Source: a virus (taxonomy: Duplodnaviria > Caudoviricetes). From it: a stretch of 35,362 bases of DNA. This document shows, piece by piece, positions 1 to 8,361 of this stretch. The notes below the pieces were generated by a model. The model had not been told where the DNA came from. It saw only the letters and a program-made list of their open reading frames with translations, and did not search any database. Location: positions 1 through 35,362 of IMG/VR virus record IMGVR_UViG_3300042309_002107, one strand, 5' to 3'. Made by a program: the position numbers and the translations under genes. How positions within the stretch are numbered: the first letter of the stretch is position 1; every line of letters starts with the position of its first letter.

Positions 1-150
1 ATTTAATACAGTTTGAGATTGCGATAATACTGTTCTTAAATCTTTGCTACCAAGCATTTGACGTAAAGATTCACCTGACTTGTTTTTTAATAAAGCAAGC
101 GTTTTAGGTGAAAATATCTTTTCGTATTCTACTTCTGTAATATTAGCCAT
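1..150 (-). CDS. Hypothetical protein, 5' portion (runs off the window's left edge)
   Basis: Manual translation from ATG at 150: MANITEVEYEKIFSPKTLALLKNKSGESLRQMLGSKDLRTVLSQSQTVLN, open to base 1. The start overlaps the upstream stop (TAATG), as in neighbouring genes. Confidence 0.8.
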   Translation of the reverse strand, partial: MANITEVEYEKIFSPKTLALLKNKSGESLRQMLGSKDLRTVLSQSQTVLN

Positions 151-374
151 TATTTTTTAGCTTTAAATCTTGCTACAATTTTATTTAACATTTCTTCTTC
201 GTTCATTGCCTTTGGATTAGGCTTAACATCAGGATTTCCTAATGGACGACGTGGTTTTGGTTTTTCACCTGGTTTACCTGGAGCAACTGTTGGTTTAGTT
301 TCTGGTTTAGTTGGTGCAGGTTGGTTTTCAGCCAAAGCTTCCTTAACCATTTTGCGTAATAAATCTATGTTCAT
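150..374 (-). CDS. Small Pro/Lys-rich hypothetical protein (74 aa)
   Basis: ORF tightly packed between neighbours; APTKPETKPTVAPGKPGEKPKP low-complexity core; MNIDLLRKMVKE leader. Confidence 0.75.
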   Translation of the reverse strand: MNIDLLRKMVKEALAENQPAPTKPETKPTVAPGKPGEKPKPRRPLGNPDVKPNPKAMNEEEMLNKIVARFKAKK

Positions 375-376
375 CT

Positions 377-2980
377 TTATTTGTTTAAATGTTTTTTTAA
401 TAAATCTTTAATTTCGTTTTTATGTTCAGGGTAGTTAGCTAAATACTCATTCATAATATATGAACGGTGTTCTGCCAATCCACGTTGTGTTAATACGTTT
501 ACTAAATCAGATGGTGAGCCTAAAGGTACAACAGCATTACCACTCTCATTAGGGAATAATAAATAGTTACTATTACCTGGTTGTACATTAATAGATGCTA
601 TTATTTGTTGATTAGCTAATCTAATAATGTAAATTTTACTAGCACCAACAGAAATTACTCTGCCTACTTGTCCTCTATTTCCTAATTGATTATTACGACG
701 AGCAGCACCTCTATCACCATTTGGAGCAACACGTACACCATCAGTACGATTTAATTTTCTTAAAATAGGTCTTGGTAAACGTAAAAATGCTACATCTAAT
801 CCAGTTTCATCCATTACTTCACGAACGTTAATATCACCTGCTGCTGCTGGGGCTGCTGCAGGACGAGGAGCATTTGGTTGACCTGCTGGTCTACCTCTTC
901 TACCTGTTGCTGCGGCTGCTTGAGCCACTGCTGGTGGAGCTGCATTACCTAACATTCTAGCGGCTAATGCTGAAGGGATATTAGCTTTAACTAATTTTCC
1001 TGTTTGGTCAGATACTGTATTGCTTGCTCTTGGGTTTTGAGTATTAACAAGATATGGTTTATCTTGATAAATTACAGGCTTATACATACTATTTTCAGCC
1101 ATAGGAATACCAGCTTCAATAATAGCTTTAATTACACCTCTAGCGTTGTAAGATCTACCAACATTAATTAAACCTTGAAGTAAAGTACCATCATTATATG
1201 TTTGACCTTTTTGTCTTAAATAACTAAATATTGATCTGTATATTTCAGGATCATTACTGTAAGATCCAATACCATCTCTTCTTCTCCAATCTCCATCTCT
1301 ACCATACCATCCTGTAATTTGGAATGAAGTAGTACCACGGGCATCATTTTGAACTACAATTGGATGTTCTGGGCTTTGAGTAGTTAATACTACAGATGGA
1401 TTACCATCATACTCAATAATTCTATTTTCTAATGGAGTAGCTCTTAATATTGATATAAAGGCATCTTTATCTATAGTTGATGGAATAGGTGATCTTGCAT
1501 CAATTAATGAAAGAGCATTTTGTTGGAATCCTTCGTTTTCTTTTTGTTCATCAAATATTGCTTGAACTTCTTCGTTATCAAACGGTACTTGTTCAATTCT
1601 ATCACCAACAATTTTATATGAAGCAAATGAGTTAGAATCTATTATAATATCACCTTTTACAACAATAGCTGAATTAGGGTCTGTTTTTGCTTTTTCTAAG
1701 ACACTGTCTATTACATTTTTATCAATAACTTCATCTTGTACTAATTTAATTAAATTTCGTACTGGAATTTTATCTAGTTCTGGGTAATCAAGTAAATATT
1801 TTGATGTGCGTTTATTTAATTTAACATTTGGGTAATCATCTTCAGCTTGGTATATACCAACACTTATATTATCGCCTAATTTTAATTTTACAATAGTAGA
1901 ATCGTCTTTAGTAATATATAATCTTTCGTCAGGTTTCATATCCCACTTATCATACTTAACTAAGAATTTTTTAACTTCAAATGGAATATCATCTGTAGCT
2001 AAATATTTTAACTCAATTTTGTCTCTCATATTTGCTATGATTGACTTAACATCTTGATTTGAAAATTTCTCTAAATTTTTAGCTAAAACTACACTTGATA
2101 TTATACCAGCATTAGTAGCAACAAAATTAGCGATTTGGGGATATTTAGGTAAATATTTTTCTACGAATTCATCATCAGTAACATCTTGAAATAAACCTCT
2201 ATTTTTTCTAACAACTAAATATTGTTCCTTTACTGTGAATGGTAGTTTAATCCATTCTCTAATACTTATTGCCTTATTTTTATATGATTGATTTATTTTT
2301 TCACTAGACGATAATGGAATATACTTAAATACATCTCTTAATCCTCTAACTGAAGGGAAATTTTGTTCAACAAAATTCCAATTCTCCCATCTATCCCACT
2401 CTGTAGCTCTACCACCAACATCGTTATTTGATCTATCTGATGCTTTGTAAGTATTATCATTACCTACAACAACAACAAAAAAACTTTTTTTATCGCTGTC
2501 AGGTAAATTTGTATCTTTTACTAGATAAAATGTTGGATTTTTTCTATTTGAATCATATCTGTAGTTACCAAAGGATCCTCTAGTAATACACCATCTTTCA
2601 CCTGCTCCAAAAGTTAAACAGTTGTCTTCTTTAGAACCATTATATATAGTTAAACCATTTTCGTTATAAACAACATCTGGTGTAACATCAATAGCATCTT
2701 CTGGTTCTTGAACACCTTTAGTTGATGTAACTAATTTTATCAATTGAGATAAAGAATATTTAAATAAATCTTTTTCTTGTATTTTAGCAGAACCTCTTAA
2801 TTGATCAAAACGATTAATATAAGCTTTTAGTTGATCATCTGTTATTTGAACATTTAAATCATCAGCTTCTTCCTTAAATTTATCCATTAATTTAGACATA
2901 GCTGATGGAGCGTAAGCTTCTTTCAAACCATTATCCCAACTATGAACTATGTGTAATATAAATTTATCTATTGCTCTCAT
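377..2980 (-). CDS. Large hypothetical phage protein (867 aa) with a C-x7-WC motif (CLTFGAGERWCIT region) and an AT-hook-like GRRGRP motif
   Basis: Long ORF in the operon, TAATG-coupled to the upstream gene; function not recognised. Confidence 0.85.
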   Translation of the reverse strand: MRAIDKFILHIVHSWDNGLKEAYAPSAMSKLMDKFKEEADDLNVQITDDQLKAYINRFDQLRGSAKIQEKDLFKYSLSQLIKLVTSTKGVQEPEDAIDVTPDVVYNENGLTIYNGSKEDNCLTFGAGERWCITRGSFGNYRYDSNRKNPTFYLVKDTNLPDSDKKSFFVVVVGNDNTYKASDRSNNDVGGRATEWDRWENWNFVEQNFPSVRGLRDVFKYIPLSSSEKINQSYKNKAISIREWIKLPFTVKEQYLVVRKNRGLFQDVTDDEFVEKYLPKYPQIANFVATNAGIISSVVLAKNLEKFSNQDVKSIIANMRDKIELKYLATDDIPFEVKKFLVKYDKWDMKPDERLYITKDDSTIVKLKLGDNISVGIYQAEDDYPNVKLNKRTSKYLLDYPELDKIPVRNLIKLVQDEVIDKNVIDSVLEKAKTDPNSAIVVKGDIIIDSNSFASYKIVGDRIEQVPFDNEEVQAIFDEQKENEGFQQNALSLIDARSPIPSTIDKDAFISILRATPLENRIIEYDGNPSVVLTTQSPEHPIVVQNDARGTTSFQITGWYGRDGDWRRRDGIGSYSNDPEIYRSIFSYLRQKGQTYNDGTLLQGLINVGRSYNARGVIKAIIEAGIPMAENSMYKPVIYQDKPYLVNTQNPRASNTVSDQTGKLVKANIPSALAARMLGNAAPPAVAQAAAATGRRGRPAGQPNAPRPAAAPAAAGDINVREVMDETGLDVAFLRLPRPILRKLNRTDGVRVAPNGDRGAARRNNQLGNRGQVGRVISVGASKIYIIRLANQQIIASINVQPGNSNYLLFPNESGNAVVPLGSPSDLVNVLTQRGLAEHRSYIMNEYLANYPEHKNEIKDLLKKHLNK

Positions 2981-3402
2981 TACTTATTGAACTTTACTTT
3001 TGCTTTTGGTGTATTAGGTACAAATTGCTTACCCTTTTTAGAACCAGCTACTTTTTTACGAGCTGTAGCAGCGCGTTCTGCTTTAGTTAAACTATTTGCT
3101 TTAGCACGAGGCAAACAACGAGTTGTTGCTTTACCTTTTTTCATTGTACCACAAGGGCCAGTTATATTACCTGCTGTGTCAATACGAACCCAATCTTCTT
3201 TTTTAAACCAATCACGAAGTGATTCATGCATATCTAAATCATCTTCTTCCATCAATCCTTTACACACTTTAACAGCACGACCAGAAAGGTATGCTGAAGG
3301 TTTTTCACCAGCAGCTTTACGACGATTATAATAAGCTTTACCTTTAGGACATAACTTTTTTTCAAGTAATGTTTCTAATAAAAGATCTGTTAGTTTTATC
3401 AT
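2980..3402 (-). CDS. Basic two-module hypothetical protein (140 aa)
   Basis: MIKLTDLLLE leader; a PSAYLSG module and an LRDWFKKEDWV...RCLPRAKA module resembling small basic phage DUF proteins. Confidence 0.8.
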   Translation of the reverse strand: MIKLTDLLLETLLEKKLCPKGKAYYNRRKAAGEKPSAYLSGRAVKVCKGLMEEDDLDMHESLRDWFKKEDWVRIDTAGNITGPCGTMKKGKATTRCLPRAKANSLTKAERAATARKKVAGSKKGKQFVPNTPKAKVKFNK

Positions 3403-3403
3403 A

Positions 3404-3781
3404 TTACCATTTTCTACAAGACCAGTATCTAGCTTTAGTACGTGGTCCTGGATTTTTACAATTATGTCTTGCTCTAAAAGCAGCGCGACGTTTAGGATTA
3501 TTTTTCTTAATATTCATTCCCTTAGCACCAAAGTTAACTTTTACAACTTTACCTGTTTGAGGGTTTTTAACATATACCTTAAATTTCTTGCTATCACCAC
3601 GCATTGGTTTACCTAATGGCACAGTACGACCTTGGTACTTAGCTTCAAGTAAACATGGACAATCAACTTCATTTAATTCTTGTTGATATGATTCCATAAA
3701 CTTAATAAATTCCTTTATATCTTGTTCATTTTCAACATCATACTCTTCTATTTCTTCTAGAAGTTCTAATAATTTTATCAT
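3404..3781 (-). CDS. Hypothetical protein with basic FRARHNC...ARYWSC domain (125 aa)
   Basis: MIKLLELLEE leader, acidic N-half and very basic C-half. I recognise the C-terminal motif as recurring in small phage proteins of unknown function. Confidence 0.8.
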   Translation of the reverse strand: MIKLLELLEEIEEYDVENEQDIKEFIKFMESYQQELNEVDCPCLLEAKYQGRTVPLGKPMRGDSKKFKVYVKNPQTGKVVKVNFGAKGMNIKKNNPKRRAAFRARHNCKNPGPRTKARYWSCRKW

Positions 3782-4056
3782 ATACTAGAGCGATTTTTAT
3801 CAGTTAGATATTTAATTTCAACACGTAATGCTGCTACCTCAGATACTAAATCTAATATTTGAGCACGCATTTCGTCTTTTTCTCTGGATGATTGTGATAG
3901 CAAGGCTTCTAATTTAGCAATACGATCTTTACAATCGTGACGAATAAATTCATCATCACGTTCTTTGCGCATAGCACGTTTTTCATAAAATCTAAATGCT
4001 GAGGTACCACCAAGAACTGTAACAGCGGTAATTAATACTGACCAGACGTTATCCAT
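3778..4056 (-). CDS. Small membrane-anchored coiled-coil protein (possibly holin/spanin-like)
   Basis: N-terminal hydrophobic segment VWSVLITAVTVLGG followed by a heptad coiled coil; lysis role is inference only. Confidence 0.6.
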   Translation of the reverse strand: MDNVWSVLITAVTVLGGTSAFRFYEKRAMRKERDDEFIRHDCKDRIAKLEALLSQSSREKDEMRAQILDLVSEVAALRVEIKYLTDKNRSSI

Positions 4057-4073
4057 TAAGTAGAATATTTGCG

Positions 4074-4082
4074 TATAAATAT
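4074..4082 (-). promoter_or_regulatory. ATATTTATA motif (putative late promoter)
   Basis: Exact 9-mer in the intergenic gap, 17 nt upstream of the ATG at 4056. Confidence 0.6.
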
Positions 4083-4084
4083 TA

Positions 4085-4669
4085 TTACTCTACTATATCT
4101 TTTAAACTTTGAATATATTCTTGTAGATCTTTGACTATTTGTGTAGTATCTATATTACCACCACGCCATTCTTCAATATCACCCGCTTCAGTAACAAATG
4201 ATTCTTTACTATTATCTAACATAATTTCTAATAATAAATCTTCCATTTCTTTAATATGAGTTCTAATACCAGAATGAACCATGTTGCGTTGGTATTCTTC
4301 AAATTTACCTTCAACTTTTAATTTAGTTTCCATTACAACTACACAATCAAAACACATTTTATGTATAGGCCACATCTTTTTATTTAAAGTACTGTTGGCC
4401 ATAGATTTACTACAACTAGGGCATACAATGGGTAATAATAAAGATTTTTTAATATTATCTAAACGTGTAATAGTTTGTTTAATACCATTTTTAATAGTCC
4501 AATTTTTACCATTTTCTTCCCAAATATCACCTTCTTTACGTTCAACTATTGTCTTATTATAACCAGCTTGTGTTGTGGTTTTAGCATTATAATCTTTTTT
4601 AATGATATTACGCATACGTTGTATATCACGTTGCTTAAAATCTTTTTGTAACATTGATTCGTTAGCCAT
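4085..4669 (-). CDS. Hypothetical protein with C4 zinc finger (194 aa)
   Basis: CPSC...CFDC pairs. Confidence 0.75.
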   Translation of the reverse strand: MANESMLQKDFKQRDIQRMRNIIKKDYNAKTTTQAGYNKTIVERKEGDIWEENGKNWTIKNGIKQTITRLDNIKKSLLLPIVCPSCSKSMANSTLNKKMWPIHKMCFDCVVVMETKLKVEGKFEEYQRNMVHSGIRTHIKEMEDLLLEIMLDNSKESFVTEAGDIEEWRGGNIDTTQIVKDLQEYIQSLKDIVE

Positions 4670-5136
4670 TATAACCCTAATTTTTTAAGTTCTTTTATTG
4701 TATTATCGGCTGATGTGTGTAATATTCCAACACCACCTGCTTTTTTCCATTCTCTAATAGTTTGTTCCATATCATCAATTAATATTTTACCTTCAGCAGC
4801 AAACAATTGTTTTTGTGCTCTAGGATATAATAATAATTTTCTGTATTCACCAGGCATATGCATTTTAACCCAAGCATCTTTACCTACTCGAGATGAAGGA
4901 TCCATAGAAGGAGCTGAGAGGATATATGGGTTATATTTTTTAATATAATTCCATAATGTTTTTCCATCAGACATCCAATCTAGATTAGCCCAAAACGATG
5001 CACCAGCATCCGATATTGGTTTCCAAAACTCTTGTTTTCCGTTAAATGATTTAGAAGGTTTTGTGTTTGTTAACTCAGCATAACCTTTTTCAAAATCGGC
5101 AAGGACTCCGTCCATGTCGCAATAAATTGTGTACAT
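4669..5136 (-). CDS. HAD-superfamily 5'(3')-deoxyribonucleotidase-like phosphatase
   Basis: Motif I YCDMDGVLADF, motif II ILSAP, a conserved K, and motif IV ILIDD. Confidence 0.85.
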   Translation of the reverse strand: MYTIYCDMDGVLADFEKGYAELTNTKPSKSFNGKQEFWKPISDAGASFWANLDWMSDGKTLWNYIKKYNPYILSAPSMDPSSRVGKDAWVKMHMPGEYRKLLLYPRAQKQLFAAEGKILIDDMEQTIREWKKAGGVGILHTSADNTIKELKKLGL

Positions 5137-5140
5137 AACT

Positions 5141-6931
5141 TTATTTAAATTTTTTATATATGTGTAATACTCCTAATTCGTCTTCATCAACAAAGTATTC
5201 TGAAGGTAAAGTTTTATCTAAAAATCCTTTTACAATTTTATGCCTTCTGCTATCAATAGGAACAATCATTACATTCTTCCAATCTTTATTTCGTTTTAAA
5301 AAATCTATTGTAACATTCATTACAGTAGCATATATTTGCATAACTTTAAATTCATTAGTTGTTACGCTATATGGTATTTTTTTTCCTTCAGTTCCTTTAA
5401 TTCTAAAAGATCTTTCATAATCCCCATCAACACCTGGTTGAAAAAATACTTCATATTCAGTTTGACCTGTATTAAAAGTATATTTGTTGTTTGCGCCACC
5501 TTCAAATTTCCAATCATATCCTTTATTTAAATCAAAATCTAGCTCGTTGAGGTTTTTTTTTAAACCTTCATAAATACTATCATTAATTTTACCAAAATCT
5601 CTTAATAAAACTCCTGCCATAGCATTTGCTTCATTTTCAATAGTCGATCCTGTATCACCACTATCTTGACTAATCATTCCTAACTCATCCTGTCTACGAT
5701 GTACTAATTCATGAGCTAATGTTCTCAAAATATCAGCCATGTTTCTATTTTTAACATAAACCCATATTTTACTAGAATTAGGATCAAAATAACCAAAACT
5801 ACGTTTTGTTTTTGCTTCGTTATTGTCGTATGATAAGGTTAAGCTACGAGGGGGATTTTGAATTGCCAAATTTTTAATAGCATATTTAATAAATTCACCA
5901 ATAGTCGCTGTTTGACTTTCATTTAACTTAATAGTATTTAAATCAAATACTTCTGAATTTTCATCAATAGTTAAATTTAAAGTGCCCATTAATACAATAG
6001 GTTGTAAACCTAATGCTCTATATATCATTAAACGTGTATTACCTGCTACTAAATAATATTTATCTTTCCCATAGTTTAAAACCATAGGCATAGGTAATTG
6101 TTTTTCATCCTGAATTGCTTTAACAATAGGTTTCCAATCTTTTTTATATTTGCCAGCAAGTTCAATAGCTTGTTCTAGGTTTTGTACATCGTATGAATCT
6201 GAATTTTCTAATTTAGACCAAACATTATCTGATAATATATTTTCTTTTCCTGTTTCAAAAGCATATTGTATATCACCAATAGGCACATTAAATTCATCTG
6301 ATGTACGCTCAATTTCCTCCATTTCACTTACTACTAAATTATGGTATGGACTAGTTGGGTATTCTTGAGATTCTGCTACACTTACAGTATCTGTTGATTG
6401 TCTTAAGTCACTTTTTTTGCCAATAGTATTTAAAAAATCTACTACAGAAATCCCTTTAGGTAAATACTGTTCAACTGCATTTTCATCTCTAGAATCTAAT
6501 GCTTGTCTTAATTGAGTAGCATTTACATCTTTAATATACCCACCATCAAATACTTCTACATTTGGATAATTAGCCATTTGTCTAAAACGTTCAGATTCTC
6601 CTTTCCCAAATGCAACTATAAAATTAGTATCAGGATTATTTTTAACAATATCATAAGTTTCTCTAATAGGACTTCCAGATGCTACTTTTATTTCTATAGG
6701 ACCATCTAATAAAGTTTTATATAAATTCCATACACCAAAACTTTCATCAGCATCAACACCATCACGAACATTAGGTGATACCAAAATTACTAATTGATCT
6801 GCTTTTTGTAAAAGCATTTTAGCTATTTCAAAGTGACCTTTATGAGGTGGTTTAAAAGCACCTGGGAATATTGCAATTGTTTGCTTGTCTGCTTCTAATA
6901 ACTGTTGTGCTATGTATTGTCCTAAATTCAT
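5141..6931 (-). CDS. Multidomain protein: HxGH nucleotidyltransferase (cytidylyl/NMN-adenylyltransferase-like) + ParB/Srx-like + HExxH metallopeptidase-like + C-terminal unknown domain
   Basis: FPGAFKPPHKGH and NATQLRQAL (HxGH and SxTxxR-like); PMPMVL...YYLVAGNTRL (ParB/Srx GxxR); RTLAHELVH...ENEANAMAG (zincin). The ORF track shows an ATG at 6931, TAATG-coupled to the upstream stop. Confidence 0.8.
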   Translation of the reverse strand: MNLGQYIAQQLLEADKQTIAIFPGAFKPPHKGHFEIAKMLLQKADQLVILVSPNVRDGVDADESFGVWNLYKTLLDGPIEIKVASGSPIRETYDIVKNNPDTNFIVAFGKGESERFRQMANYPNVEVFDGGYIKDVNATQLRQALDSRDENAVEQYLPKGISVVDFLNTIGKKSDLRQSTDTVSVAESQEYPTSPYHNLVVSEMEEIERTSDEFNVPIGDIQYAFETGKENILSDNVWSKLENSDSYDVQNLEQAIELAGKYKKDWKPIVKAIQDEKQLPMPMVLNYGKDKYYLVAGNTRLMIYRALGLQPIVLMGTLNLTIDENSEVFDLNTIKLNESQTATIGEFIKYAIKNLAIQNPPRSLTLSYDNNEAKTKRSFGYFDPNSSKIWVYVKNRNMADILRTLAHELVHRRQDELGMISQDSGDTGSTIENEANAMAGVLLRDFGKINDSIYEGLKKNLNELDFDLNKGYDWKFEGGANNKYTFNTGQTEYEVFFQPGVDGDYERSFRIKGTEGKKIPYSVTTNEFKVMQIYATVMNVTIDFLKRNKDWKNVMIVPIDSRRHKIVKGFLDKTLPSEYFVDEDELGVLHIYKKFK

Positions 6932-7467
6932 TATATTTTTTCTTTATTTAAAATCTGAATTACGTCTGGGTTAAAAACAATGTAACAAGTACCTTCTTTG
7001 CATCCTTCTGTTCTTCTTCCTACATATCCATTTTTTAATAAAAATTCAGCAAAATCTTTACCAAAATCACCATAAGTAGATTTATCAAAATTACTAGTAA
7101 CTAAATATCTAATAACAGGATCAGATAATTTTTTTCCTCTTTGTTTTTCAAACCCATCAAAAATAGTATCTATTTCGTTTTCTTTATTTAAACTTTTTAA
7201 TAGTCTTAATGTTTCATCATATGTTATATAATCTTCTATCCATTTTTTACCAGCAGGAACATTAAATTTAACTTTATATAGTATGTTACCATACTTTTTA
7301 TCTAAATTTTCATCCTGTGAGAAATAAAAACCCCACCCTAATCTATTCATTCCAAAACCTGATTCTGTTTTATTAAGATCAAATTTTTCAAAATCAGCAT
7401 CGCTTCGGTGATAAGCAATATCTCCGCTTTCATTAATTTCTTTTAATATATCTATCAATTTAATCAA
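6931..7467 (-). CDS. ADP-ribosyltransferase-like protein (ART-PolyVal-like)
   Basis: AYHRS..FEKFD, GWGFYFS, LLKNGYVG and YIVFNPDVI match the YHG...GxGFYF...GYDG...YVVF pattern of ART domains in phage polyvalent proteins. Confidence 0.7.
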   Translation of the reverse strand: MIKLIDILKEINESGDIAYHRSDADFEKFDLNKTESGFGMNRLGWGFYFSQDENLDKKYGNILYKVKFNVPAGKKWIEDYITYDETLRLLKSLNKENEIDTIFDGFEKQRGKKLSDPVIRYLVTSNFDKSTYGDFGKDFAEFLLKNGYVGRRTEGCKEGTCYIVFNPDVIQILNKEKI

Positions 7468-8297
7468 GATGCGAATGATTTAACTTTAGATATAATTTCT
7501 TGTTCAGATAAAGCGGATTCTTTAATTTTAGAATCTATATTCATAAATTCGCGCTCTAACTTAGATACTTGTTCTTTAAATTGTTCACGCGATTTTTCTG
7601 CGGCCTTCTCTTTCTTAGCTAATTCAGCAGGTGATAAATCTGGTTGTGGTTCCTTACGGAATGTTGAAGCAAATTTTTCAGGGTCAGATTTAACTAATTC
7701 ATCTAACCACTCATATAATCTATTTTGAGATACTGCTTGATTAAATTCTTTAATTTCTTTATCAAATTCAGGTGATGGAGCTTGATATAAAATAAAATTA
7801 TCACCTAATTTACGTTTGTACTCGTCTATATTTCCATAAACATTATTCCATGTTTGGATAACACCAATTTTAGGTACTTTACGCTCACGAGCAAAATTAC
7901 GTAAAAATGATACAATAGGATGAGCATAAACCATAATCATCATCTTATCATATCCTGGTGTGTTAAATACACCTGGTGTTTCTTTACGTTTGTAAATACC
8001 ACCTACCATTTTAGCAGCGTTAGATGCTGTTGTATCCCAAATAAATGCTTTGCCTTGTGAAATAGCATCAGGTACATCTTTATCATCAACTTGCATTGAT
8101 GCTTGTGTTAAGTTATTGTACATTGGGCTGTCCTTATCCTCAACATATTTGTCAGGATTGATTATTTCAAATCCAGGTGCAGCACTCTTAATTTTATTGA
8201 TAAGTGTTGATTTACCTGAACCAGCACCACCAGCCATGATTATCATTTTACCTTTAGGCATAGCCGCTTCTATTAATAAGTCTAACAATTTAATCAT
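7464..8297 (-). CDS. P-loop kinase (zeta-toxin/AAA_33-like), 277 aa
   Basis: Walker A IIMAGGAGSGKST, INPD, FIWDTT and the lid-like RERKVP. Start re-assigned to the ATG at 8297 (MIKLLDLLIE) instead of the ORF-track start at 8336. Confidence 0.8.
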   Translation of the reverse strand: MIKLLDLLIEAAMPKGKMIIMAGGAGSGKSTLINKIKSAAPGFEIINPDKYVEDKDSPMYNNLTQASMQVDDKDVPDAISQGKAFIWDTTASNAAKMVGGIYKRKETPGVFNTPGYDKMMIMVYAHPIVSFLRNFARERKVPKIGVIQTWNNVYGNIDEYKRKLGDNFILYQAPSPEFDKEIKEFNQAVSQNRLYEWLDELVKSDPEKFASTFRKEPQPDLSPAELAKKEKAAEKSREQFKEQVSKLEREFMNIDSKIKESALSEQEIISKVKSFAS

Positions 8298-8304
8298 ACG
8301 TGAA

Positions 8305-8346
8305 TATAAATAGGTGACCTGGACATGCCAAGCCACCTATAAATAT
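8305..8346 (-). promoter_or_regulatory. 13-bp RNA hairpin flanked by two copies of the ATATTTATA-like motif (terminator/promoter junction)
   Basis: Minus-strand RNA AUAGGUGGCUUGG-CAUGU-CCAGGUCACCUAU (8340-8310) pairs fully with two G-U wobbles. Motifs lie at 8338-8346 (exact) and 8305-8313 (CTATTTATA). Confidence 0.65.
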
Positions 8347-8361
8347 TAATATTTGTATTTA

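Noticed and set aside
6931-8297. Classical toxin-antitoxin pair (zeta/epsilon or DarTG)
   Set aside because: No recognisable antitoxin (epsilon, macrodomain or NADAR) is adjacent, and the kinase similarity is only at the fold-motif level.
8298-8336. 13-aa N-terminal extension of the kinase shown in the ORF track
   Set aside because: It overlaps the hairpin and motifs. The ATG at 8297 gives the shared MIKL leader.
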